Below, one piece after another: positions 26,190 through 37,461 of a DNA stretch of 64,000 nt. A program made the position numbers and the translations under genes. The stretch lies in assembly GCF_009914755.1 (NCBI RefSeq), contig NC_060925.1. One strand, given 5' to 3'. The notes beneath the pieces were generated by a model. That model saw only the letters and a program-made list of their open reading frames with translations, ran no database searches and was not told the DNA's origin. Origin of the DNA: the human T2T-CHM13v2.0 reference genome, Homo sapiens. Each line of letters opens with the position of its first letter. Position 1 is the first letter of the stretch.

Positions 26190-28960
26190 TGAAGAGTGAC
26201 GCTGCCTCATCGCCTTGGAAACCCCCTGGACCATCACGGACGCCAAGCTTTGGGTAACTCTCACAGTGGAGGGTAAATCCATCCCCTGTTTAATCGAAAC
26301 GGGGACTACCCACTCCACGTTGCCTTCTTTTCAAGGGCCTGTTTCCCTTGCCTCCATAACTGTTGTGGGTATTGACAGCCAGGCTTCTAAACCTCTGAAA
26401 ACTCCCCAACTCTGGTGCCAACTTAGACAATGCTCTTTTAAGCACTCCTTTTTAGTTATCCCCACCTGCCCAGTTCCCTTATTAGGCCGAGACACTTACT
26501 AAATTATCTGCTTCCCTGACTATTCCTGGACTACAGCTGCATCTCATTGCCACCCTTCTCCCCAACCCAAAGCCTCCTTTGCGTCTTCCTCTCATATCCC
26601 CCCACCTTAACCACAAGTATAGGACATCTCTACTCCTTCCCTGGCAACCGATCACATGCCCATTACCATCCCACTAAACCTAATCACCCTTACCCCACTC
26701 AACGCCAATATCCCATCCCACCGCACGCTTTAAAAGGATTAAAGCCTGTTATCACTGACCTGCTACAGCATAGGCTTCTAAAACCTATAAACTCTCCTTA
26801 CAATTCCCCCATTTTACCTGTCCAAAAACCCGACAAGTCTTACAGATTAGTTCAGGATCTGCGCCTTACCAACCAAATTGTTTTGCCTATCCACCCTGTG
26901 GTGCCCAACCTGTACACTCTTTTGTCCTCAATACCTTCCTCCACAACTCACTATTCTGTGCTTCATCTTAAAGATGCTTTTTTCACTATTCCCCTGCACC
27001 CCTCATCCCAGCCTCTCTTTGCTGTCACCTGGACTGACCCTGACACCCAACAGTCCCAGCAGCTTACCTGGGCTGTGCTGCCGCAAGGTTTCAGGGACAG
27101 CCCTCATTTACTTCAGCCAAGCTCTTTCTCATGATCTACTTTCTTTCCACCCCTCTGCTTCTCACCTTATTCAATATATTGATGACCTTCTTCTTTGTAG
27201 CCCCTCCTTTGAATCTTCTCAACAAGACACACTTCTGCTTCTTCAGCATTTATTCTCCAAAGGATATCAGGTATCCCCCTCCAAAGCTCAAATTTCTTCT
27301 CCATCTGTTACCTATCTCTGCATAATTCTCATAAAAACACACATGCTCTCCCTGCTGATCATGTCCAATTAATCTCCCAAACCTCAATCCCTTACAAAAC
27401 AACAACTCCTTTCCTTCCTAGGCATGGTTAGTGCCGTCAGAATTCTTACACAAGAGCCAGGACCGCACCCTGTAGCCTTTCTGTCGAAACAACTTGACCT
27501 TACTGTTTTAGCCTAGCCCTCATGTCTGTGTGCAGCAGCTGCTGCTGCTTTAATAATTTTAGAGGCCCTAAAAATCACAAACAATGCTCAACTCACTCTC
27601 TACATTTCTCATAACTTCCAAAATCTATTTTCTTCCTCATACCAGACGCATATACTTTCTGTTCCCCAGCTCCTTCAGCTGTACTCACTCTTTGTTAAGT
27701 CCCACAATTACCATTGTTCCTGGCCTGGACTTCAATCCAGCCTCCCACAGTATTCCTGATACCACACCTGACCCTCATGATTGCATCTCTCTGATCCACC
27801 TGATGTTCATCCTATTTCCCCACATTTCCTTCTTCCCTGTTTCTCACCCTGATCACGCTTGATTTATTGATGGCAGTTCCACCAGGCCTAATCACCACAC
27901 ATCAGCAAAGGCAGGCTATGCTATAGTACAAGCCACTAGCCCGCCTCTTTGAACCTTTCATTTCCTTTCCATTGTAGAAATCTATCCTCAAGGAAATAAC
28001 TTCTCAAGTGTTCCATCTGCTATTCTATCTGCTATTCTACTACTCCTTAAGGATTATTCAGGCCCCCTCCCTTCCCTACACATCAAGCTCAAGGTTTTGC
28101 CCCCACCCAGGACTGGCAAATTAGCTTCACTCAACATGCCCCAAGTCAGATAACTAAAATACCTCTTAGTCTAAGTAGACACTTTCACTAGATAAGTAGA
28201 GGCCTTTCCTACAGGGTCTGAGAAGGCCACCACAGTCATTTCTTCCCCTCTGTCAGACATAATTCCTCAGTTTAGGCTTCCCACCTCTATACAGTCTGAT
28301 GACAGACCAGCCTTTACTAGTCAAATCACCCAAGCAGTTTCTCAGGCTCTTGGTATTCAGTGGAACCTTCATATCCCTTACCATCCTCAATCTTCAGGAA
28401 AGGTAGAATGGACTAATGGTCTTTTAAAGGTAAACCTCACCAAGCTCAGCCTCCAACTTAAAAAGGATTGGACAGTACTTTTACCTCTTGCTCTTCTCAG
28501 AATTAGAGCCTGTCCTTGAGATGCTACAGGGTACGGTCCATTTGAACTTTTATATGGACACACTTTCTTGCTTGGCCCCAACCTCATCCCAGACACCAGC
28601 CCTCTAGGTGACTATCTTCCAGTCCTCCAGCAGGCTAGACAGGAAATTCACCAGGCTGCTAATCTTCTCTTGCCTACTCCAGATCCCCAGCCATATGGAG
28701 ACATCCTAGCTGGATGATCAGTTCTTGTTAAGAATCTGACCCCTCAAACTCTACAACCTCGATGGACCGGATGCTACCTCGTCTTCTATAGTACCCCGAC
28801 TGCCGTCTGCCTGCAGGATCCTCCCCACTAGGTTCACCATTCCAGAATAAAGCTGTGTCCATCGGACAGCCAGCCTAATCCCTCCTCTTCCTCCTGGAAG
28901 CCGCAAGTACTCTCCCCTACTTCCCTTAAACTCACTCATATTTCTGAAGAGCAGTAATAA
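26190..28960 (+). pseudogene. pol: HERV-H pro-pol remnant (frameshifted, internally deleted)
   Basis: Protease LIETG (DTG mutated) and PLLGRD. RT motifs SPYNSPILPVQKPDKSYRLVQDLR, LKDAFF, LPQG and YIDD are split across frames. RNase H FIDG and integrase core fragments carry stops. Confidence 0.93.
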
Positions 28961-29252
28961 CCCTTATGAGCCTAATACATCCCTTCATTCTATTAGGTCT
29001 GTTCGTCCTTACCCTACTTTTTGCAACAGGGCTTTACGAAGTCACCCCAACCACTTAGGCCGAGCCCAAAAAAACTAGTCATCCCTACTATCTTCTGTCT
29101 GGTCATACTCCTATTCTCCATTCTCAACTACTTATAAATGCCCTACTCTTCTTTACACCGCCGGTTTACACTGTTTCTTCAAGCCATCACAGCTGATATC
29201 TCTTGGTGCTAACCCCAAACTGCCACTCTTAACTCCCTCTTAGAGTGGGTAG

Positions 29253-31000
29253 ATGATCTTTGCTGGCAAGGCACCCTCCAATACTTCCACCCTGATGAAG
29301 TTCTATTCTTTACTTTTATACTCACTCTTATTCTCGTTCCCATTCTTATGCCACCCTCTACCTCTCCCCAGCTATCTCCACCACACTATCAACCTTACCC
29401 ATTCTCTCCTAGCCACTTCTAGTCCCTCCTTAGTGAACAACTGCTGGCTTTGCATTTCCCTTTCTTCCAGTGCCTACACAGCTGTCCCCGCCTTACAGAC
29501 AGACTGGGCAATATCTCCCGTCTCCCTACACCTCTGAACTTCCTTTAGCAGCCCTCATCTTTACCCTCCTGAAGAACTCATTTACTCTCTAGACAGGTCC
29601 AGCAAGACTTCCCCAGACATTTCACATCAGCAAGCTGCCGCCCTCCTTCGCACTTATTTAAAAAACCTTTCTCCTTATATTAACTCTACTCCCCCCATAT
29701 TCGGACCTCTCACAACACAAACTACTATTCCTGTGGCCGCTCCTTTATGTATCTCTCAGCAAAGACCCACTGGAATTCCCCTAGGTAATCTTTCACCCTC
29801 TCGATGTTCCTTTACTCTTCATCTCCGAAGCCCAATTACACACATCACTGAAACAATTGGAGCCTTCCAGCTCCATATTACAGACAAGCCCTCTATCAAT
29901 ACTGATAAACTTAAAAATGTTAGCAGTAATTATTGCTTAGGAAGACACTTACCCTGTATTGAACTCCATCCTTGGCTACCTTCCCCTTGCTCATCAGACT
30001 CTCCTCCCAGGCCCTATTCTTGTTTACTTATATCCAGCCCCGAAAATAACAGTGAAAGGTTGCTCATAGATACTCAATGTTTTCTCATACACCATGAAAA
30101 TTGAACCTCCCCCTCTACGCAGTTACCCCATCAGTCCCCATTACAACCTCTGACAGCTGCCGCCCTAGCTGGATCCCTAGGACTCTAGGTACAAGACACC
30201 CCTTTCAGCACTCCTTCTCATCTTTTTACTTTACATCTCCAGTTTTGCCTTGCACAAGGTCTCTTCTTCCTCTGTGGTTCCTCTACCTACATGTGTCTAC
30301 CTGCTAATTGGACAGGCACATGCACACTAGTCTTCCTTTCCCCCAAAATTCAATTTGCAAATAGGACCGAAGAGCTCCCTGTTCCCCTCATGACACCGAC
30401 ATGACAAAGAAGAGTTATTCCACTAATTCCCTTGATGGTCGGTTTAGGACTTTCTGCCTCCACTATTGCTCTCAGTACTGGAATAGCAGGCATTTCAACT
30501 TCTGTCTCGACCTTCCGTAGCCTCTCTAATGACTTCTCTGCTAGCATCACAGACATGTCACAAACTTTATCAGTACTCCAAGTTGACTCTTTAGCTGCAG
30601 TTGTCCTCCAAAACCGCCGAGGCCTTGACTTACTCACTGCTGAAAAAGGAGGACTCTGCATATTCTTAAATGAAGAGTGTTGTTTTTACCTAAATCAATC
30701 TGGCCTGGTGTATGACAACATAAAAAAACTCAAGGATAGAGCCCAAAAACTTGCCAACCAAGCAAGTAATTATGCTGAACCCCTTAGGCACTCTCTAATT
30801 GGATGTCCTAGGGCCTCCCAATTCTTAGTCCTTTAATACCCATTTTTCTCCTTCTTTTATTCGGACCTTGTATCTTCCATTTAGTTTCTCAATTCATCCA
30901 AAACCGTATCCAGGCCATCACCAATCATTCTATACAAGAAATGTCTCTTCTAACATCCCCACAATATCACCCCTTACCACAAGACCTCCCTTCAGCTTAA
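29253..31000 (+). pseudogene. env: HERV-H env, full length but disrupted
   Basis: Starts MIFAGKAPSNTSTLMKFYSLL, then CWLC, the (R)QRR furin site, the fusion peptide, ISD LQNRRGLDLLTAEKGGL and CX6CC, ending PLPQDLPSA*. In-frame stops at 29535, 30102, 30186 and 30402; frameshift near 30781. Confidence 0.96.
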
Positions 31001-31150
31001 TCTCTCCCACTCTAGGTTCCCACGCTGCCCCTAATCCCGCTTGAAGCAGCCCTGAGAAACATCGCCCATTCTCTCTCCATACCACCCCCCAAAAATTTTT
31101 GCCACCCCAACACTTCAACACTATTTTGTTTTATTTTTCTTATTAATATC

Positions 31151-31162
31151 AGAAGGCAGGAA
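31151..31162 (+). other. Polypurine tract
   Basis: AGAAGGCAGGAA immediately before the 3' LTR. Confidence 0.85.
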
Positions 31163-31596
31163 TGTCAGGTCTCTGAGCCCAAGCCAAGCCATCGCATCCC
31201 CTGTGACTTGCATGTATACGCCCAGATGGCCTGAAGTAACTGAAGAATCACAAAAGAAGTGAAAAGGCCCTGCCACGCCTTAACTGATGATATTCCACCA
31301 TTGTGATTTGTTCCTGCCCCACCTTAACTGAGTGATTAACCCTGTGAATTTCCTTCTCCTGGCTCAGAAGCTCCCCCACTGAGCACCTTGTGACCCCCGC
31401 CCCTGCCCACCAGAGAACAACCCCCTTTGACTGTAATTTTCCATTATCTTCCCAAACCCTATAAAGCGGCCCCACCCCTATCTCCCTTCGCTGACTCTCT
31501 TTTCAGACTCAGACCACCTGCACCCATGTGAAATAAACAGCTTTATTGCTCACACAAAGCCTGTTTGGTGGTCTCTTCACACGGATGCGCATGAAA
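31163..31596 (+). mobile_element. 3' LTR7
   Basis: 434-bp direct repeat of the 5' LTR, ending CATGAAA. Confidence 0.95.
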
Positions 31597-33067
31597 GCCT
31601 GAACTAGTTTTTCAGGTTTTATTGGGATTCTCTTGTCCAAGGGTGGAGGGGTCATTCAGTCAGTTGGGAGGCTAAGAATTTTCTTTTGGTTTACAATATG
31701 TTTCCAGGCCAAGCCTACACTAAGGGTGGGGTTCTTCAGGGTACCATCTTTGAGGGAAGAGGGTCTCCCAGGATGTCCCACTTTGCTGTCCCATGCTTTG
31801 CCTCCTGCCTCTGGTGCTCCCAGAGGCAATGAAAGCTGAAGCTCAGAATCAGCAAGCTTGGCAAATGTCCCCCAGCTAAAAGCTGACTCTGTTTGCTTCT
31901 TTCGGTTCCCACTTCCCCTCAGATTTTGCCCTGTGTATTTCTTGGTTTCTTGCCAGCTCATCAGTGCTTTTAAGAAGGCTCTGATTTTCAAACTTTTTAG
32001 TTATTTTCAGCAGAAAGGATGATTTGGCTAACTAGATTGCCATATTGCCAAAAGAGATCCCCGCAGAGCTTGTTTTTGTGAAACATAAAGAGAAGAAAAT
32101 GATGTTTAATATGATGCACAGGTTCGTAAATAATGCTCTGCTATTATTCTTGTGAACAGGTATTTCAATCATCTTACGTGAATCTTACGTGAGTCAAGCA
32201 CAAAGTGACTTTTCCTTTCTTCTCAGGTAGCATGAAGTGTTACAAGTCAAGCGTATGACTTTCTTTAAAAAGAGATAAAAAGACATGTGAAGAAGGAAAT
32301 GGATTACAGCAATCAAAGAAGGGTTATTTCCCTTGGGTTAGAATTATAAAATTTCCAAGTGAAGATGAGTAAGTCTATACTAGTGTCGAACAAGTATAGG
32401 AGTAAAAACAAATAATCCTGAATAAATAACATGAACCTTTTGACACTCTTAAATTGGCCTTATTTTTAAAAAATAGGTAGAGTTTATCTGCTAACTTTTC
32501 CCTAAGTACAGACACAAAAAGGAAACTAAGCAGGAATCCTTTTCTCTTTCAGATGTAAACATGATTTTTGTCTAGTGAAAGTGGTAGGCACCAGAACGAA
32601 GTTCTCCTAACTTACCAAAAAATAAGCAAAAACACCTGAGTGAGCATCTTCTTTCCAAGGAAGCATATGCTAAGTCACTCCCCCGTGTATGGATGGCTCC
32701 CCTCAGAGACAGGTAGACATGGAGCTTCCTTCCTTTGAGGAGAACAAGAGGTAAACAGCAGGTGCCACCAGCCTGGCCTTGGATGCAGGAGACCACTAGG
32801 TGGGCTCAAGGCCTTATTTTCAAAATTATGAATTGAATTTGATGACCATTAGGGTCTCTCTCAGATTATTAGAATGAATAAACAATAGGGAGCTTTTGTT
32901 TATTTTGTTCTTGCAGGTCCGAGGCTCCCATCTAAACATCAGCTGTTCTGAAGCTCCTTGCACATGCTGGGGAAAGCTGCCCTGTCTGTCCTTCCTCTGC
33001 AAGCTCTCTGCATACACCTTGGCCTCTCCCACAGTCCAGTCCAGCACCCCTTTGGCCCTGTTCTCAG

Positions 33068-33664
33068 TGAGGGAGAAGGGAAGGAAAAATCATATGGGAA
33101 AAATTCAGACTGCAGAAGTGGCCTGCCTGAAAAGTCACAGCAACAGGAAAAAATAAAATAACCTGGAAAAAAACTCAGGCTGCACCTGCAAACAGATAAG
33201 CAAACAGGGTCCAGCTCAAAAGCTCTTTGTTCTTTGTACAATTAGTGAGCTCCCAGGAAAAAGTTTCCTCCCCTTTACAGGCATATACATGGTGGGAACT
33301 TGCACAGGGAGGGAGGGGGCTTACCTAAAACAAACCCACAGTTATACAAACAAGAGAAGTGGGGCTTTGTGCTTGCCTAGAGACATACCCACAGCTGCAT
33401 AAGAGAAGAAGAATTGCACAGACAGCTTTACTGGTAAGAAAAGTTATTCCAACAGTTACAGGGAAGAGAGCAGTTTCTTATAAAACGCTTTTAAATTCAG
33501 CTGTAACCCGGCAATCCACTTGGACTCCCCTCTCTGCTGCAGAAAGCTTTCTTTTTTGCTTATTAAACTTTGACTCCACCCCGACCCTTGTGTCTGCATT
33601 CCTTAATTTTCTTGGACATAGGACGAAGAACCCCAGGGAAACATACGTTGGTGAGACTGCAGCA
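33068..33664 (+). mobile_element. ERV1 solo LTR (family uncertain)
   Basis: TG...CA termini, TSD TCAG, TATAAAA and ATTAAA signals. Confidence 0.75.
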
Positions 33665-34440
33665 TCAGCATGGCGGCGCAGTATTAGCTCAGATAGATTC
33701 CATCCCCTAGGATATTTCTATAGAAGAACCTTTGTGAGAGACTAAATGGCTATGGGAAGAGGGTTTTCTAAATGCAGTGGGGTTTGGGAATGGAGATGTT
33801 AGGCTCACCTTTGACCCTGAGCTAGGCAAGTGGCCAGAGGGATGAGAAAGGATGGATTATCTAGGTCTAAACTATTAATAATATCCTCATATTGGAAACT
33901 GGCCATGGCTTTCATAGCTTCTCTCACTCAAATTTGTATTACATGCCATGGCCAGTTTAATCTTCCAAACGTTGTTATTACCACCTAACTCTCCTGTCTC
34001 AAATCATTCGTGGCTGCGTTCTGCTTGTACAATAAAGTCAAAATACCTTAGCTTGGCTGGCATGGTCCTCTGGGAGTGAGCACTAATTTATATCTTCCCA
34101 AAGTCCTGCTGTTCTAGAAATGCCTGAATCCTCACCTACCCTTGAGCTTCCCACTTTGTACATGTTTTTCCACTTAATTCTTTCTATAAAATACAGTGGG
34201 GCTTTGTTCTGAATTTGGCTCCTTAAGAAGAGGAAATGTTTCAGGACAAAGGCAGACAGCTGTCTCTGCTATTAAGGCTCTTTGATTTGGCTCAGTACAT
34301 TCCAATCTTGCTTCTGTAAACCATCCTCATTTGCAATCGTGTTATCCACCACCTGAGTCCCACTGTGGTTACCTAGTTCTAATCTCTCCACCTGATTCTG
34401 GGGCATTTCAAGGTCTAAGTGGCAGCAGTAGGATGCCTTT

Positions 34441-34952
34441 CTTTCACTTGAAAGTTTTTAGTTTATTAATCCACACAATGTCTGCAGATAACATAATTGC
34501 AGCATCTTTACTCCTTTGGCTTTTTGCCAGCACCAACATTGGCCTTTGCCAACCCCCTGAGCTTTTTCATTCTATTCTTGCATTCGTCTCACTGCTTTCT
34601 TGAGGTCTTTTTCTTCTCATGGAGGCAGGCCATGTCTTGCAAGTCTATGTTTGGGTTCATGGTTTTTTACATAATCCAAAAAAATCATAAATCACACCAA
34701 AGTCAGCTATCTTGCCACCACCAAAATAAGTTCTGAATCCAAATACAAAGATGACATCCAGTGTGGTCTTGTATATTTTGACTAATTTTTCCAGAATTTC
34801 TGTCTTTGGTACTGTTGCCTTCCCAGTGTTAAGGATATCTATGACCATTTGTTTCCTTTGAAGTAGTTGGTTGGTCATGAGTTCCCTGGTCCAGATAGTT
34901 ACTGTGTCATTCATGATGGCAGGTGATCTGCAGGCAACCGGGGAAGAAAACT
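34441..34952 (-). pseudogene. RPS24: Processed pseudogene of 40S ribosomal protein S24
   Basis: Intronless. [28 protein letters not shown]...[10 protein letters not shown] from ATG 34914, a frameshift near 34680, and C-terminus AGKKPKE* (stop 34508-10). 3' UTR contains AATAAA. TSD-like CAG(T/G)AGGATGC(C)TTT at 34426-40 and 34953-66. Confidence 0.96.
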
Positions 34953-35012
34953 CAGGAGGATGCTTTAAATCAGATGAGTCTATCTCTTTCTGAGCCCCAG
35001 ATTGACACTGAC

Positions 35013-35015
<3 letters not shown>

Positions 35016-35061
<46 letters not shown>
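35016..35061. repeat. (TG)n microsatellite
   Basis: About 22 perfect units. Confidence 0.98.
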
Positions 35062-35063
<2 letters not shown>

Positions 35064-35082
35064 ATACATACACATTTTATGT

Positions 35083-35588
35083 GGTATTCATTAATTCTAT
35101 CTATGGCTATGTAACAAATTACCCCCAAACTAACAGCTCAAAACAAGAAATATTTAAGTAATTATTATTTCACACAGTTTCTGAGGGTCAGAAATTTATA
35201 GGCAGCTTAGTTGGATGGTTCTCTCTTAGGGTCTTTCATGAGGTTGCTATCAAACTCTCAGCTGGGGCTGAAGTCATCTGAAGGCTGGGCGATTCACTTT
35301 CAAATTCATTTGTGTGATTATTGGCAAGTCTCCATTCTCTGCAGGGCCTCAGTTCCTCACCACATGAGCCTCTCTCTACAGGTTGCCTGGGTATCCTCAA
35401 AAGCCAATGATGAGAGAGAGAGAGAACAAAACAGGAGCTGCAGTGTCTTTTGACCTTAATCTTGGAATTGGTACATCATCATTTCTGCCATATCCTATTG
35501 GTCACACAGATCTGGGAGGGTACTATGGAAGGGTGTTCACACAAGGACAGACGGATGTTTGTGGTCATTTTGGCGGCTGGCTTCCACA
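35083..35588 (-). mobile_element. MLT1 MaLR LTR
   Basis: GCTATGTAACAAATTACCCCCAAAC...TTCTGAGGGTCAGAAATT...GGCTGGCTTCCACA. Confidence 0.75.
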
Positions 35589-35604
35589 CCCAGCCATGTT
35601 TTTA

Positions 35605-35750
35605 TGCCTCCCCATACACATTCTAACATCTTTGAAATCGGAGTGCATCTTATAATCAATGGTATGTCATAGTTTAATTGGCAAAACCTCTAGTTAGTGG
35701 TATATAAAGTAATCACGTGTCTTATAATTGTATCTTATTCAGGGAACTAT
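35605..35750. mobile_element. MER104-like TcMar MITE
   Basis: AACATCTTTGAAATCGGAGTGCATCTTATAATCAATGGTATGTCATAGTTTAATTGGCA. Confidence 0.65.
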
Positions 35751-37461
35751 CCCATAGGGATAGGAGGCTTCCTGACTCCTGGCTACCAGTCTCGCCCATG
35801 TTGCTCATGGTCCCATGGAAAGTCTAGTTGCTGTCCCACCATATGATGCTCAGCTTCTTTTCTACACCCTTGCACACACCAGTCCTTCTGAGGTGTCTTC
35901 TTCATAACTTAAATGACTACATCAGGCCTAATTCCTCCAGAAGCTTTCCCTGGCCACCCTAGAGCACCATAGTCTCAGTATGCTCTGTAGTCCCATAACA
36001 CTGTTAATGATTCCATCCATTCGGTGTTTAATTTTGTACCTTGCAGTAATTGTTGAGGTTTCATGTGTACCTACTTCACATGTACGTGCTGTGTATATAT
36101 CCAGTGTGAATACTAAATGTTGCTGTATGCATTTGGAGTCCTGTTTTATTTTTAAAGCAGAATTTTGGGACTCTTCATAAAACAATAACAACAAATCTCT
36201 GCTCCTTGGGTGAAATTTTATAACTAATCTGATAGACAAAATTATAATAATCAGAAATGTACAACTATACAAAAATGTATAAGTCAAAGATGCAAAGGCT
36301 GATTTAGAGCACCTCAGTTTCCAACAGTTCATCTACTTCATGACTGTTTTGTTCTCTGTAACATCTAAGTTATAAGATTTATTTGAACATGACTTCTGTG
36401 CATTCCATTGCACCATGTGGTGGGGAGAAAGGTGTCTGGTCTATTTTTGCCCACAAAAATAGGAATTTTTTCTGGAAACAGGGTTAGGAACAAAAGATCA
36501 GTACCTAACAAAGCTCTTGTAAGTGGTTTAACTTATTGTCTTATAATATTTTTCAGGATTCATTGAAACAAGTGAATTGATTTCATCTATCTATCTATCT
36601 ATCTAAGTTAAGGGAGGTTCAACAGAATGCATATTATAAGAAAAAAATGTTAAGGGAGGGTAACATATATGAACTTCAAATAAAACTAACTAGAAATCCA
36701 GCAGACAGTATTGCTAAATTTGGGGATTTTCTTTCAGTTCCTTGGATCATTTACCATCCGCTTCCTCATAAAACAAGCAGTTCAGGATTGTTGCTGGAAA
36801 TGCGTTGGTAAGGCCCAGCCCAGCTCTACTCTGTCACTGGCTCAGAAGCACCTCTATCACCAGATATATATATAAGAAAAAATGAATCATCACTTCTACC
36901 TCATATCACATCCAAAAATTATCTAGAAATGGAATATAGGCTTACACACAAAAGCTAAAATTATAAAACCTCTTTAAAAAGCATAGAGCAAAAATCGTTA
37001 TATATTTGGGATAGGCAAAATGGGTTAGGCCAGGTAGACTGTTCATTGGGCACCACTTTTCAATTCAGAGGGGCAGGAAGTAAGGCGTTCCCTTTCGGTC
37101 TTGGGTCTAAGCTGTACTGACCCACCTAGCCCTAAATACCTGACACATTTAACTGAATTTGGTTGGTATCTATTCTCAGTATAGGTTAGAGCCCAGAAAA
37201 GGGGATGATTCACTGGCACCTACTCTGACATCTAAGAGTGCATGGATCTAATGTTCTTTAGTTCTTCCAGCCTTGGAATAACTATCTTACAGATGACATT
37301 ACAAGGTTGGATGAGATAGTGTCTATAAAACACTCTGAGATCTCTAGAAGAATGATGTCTAAAATTCACAAGGGATCACTACAGGTAACTACTCTTCACA
37401 AGAATATGTTCTGACTTGTCGTTTCCAAGAGTCTGTCTTCCATATGTCTTGGGATGTCTGT

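Larger units (their letters stand above)
23718..31596 (+). mobile_element. HERV-H provirus (LTR7-internal-LTR7)
   Basis: Direct LTRs starting TGTCAGGTCTCTGAGCCC, 5-bp TSD GCCTG (23713-17 and 31597-601), His-tRNA PBS, PPT, and gag/pro/pol/env remnants in order. Confidence 0.98.
22918..31695 (-). mobile_element. MER4B/D/E-type LTR split by HERV-H (22918-23717 and 31597-31695)
   Basis: The halves rejoin as CTTCCCATCATAGCCTG|AACTAGTTTTTCAGG and end TTTTGGTTTACA. Confidence 0.85.
20200..32055 (-). mobile_element. Old HAL1/L1M-type element hosting nested MER21, MER41, MER4 and HERV-H
   Basis: T-rich ORF1-like antisense pieces at 20200-20430, 21325-22280, 22807-22913 and 31700-32055. The ORF at 21543-21737 (IFDKIMAEHFHKL) is L1 ORF1-like. 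Confidence 0.55.

Noticed and set aside
26547-27372. Functional reverse transcriptase or a retron/DGR-like system
   Set aside because: Ordinary HERV-H RT, with LPQG and YIDD in different frames and downstream deletions.
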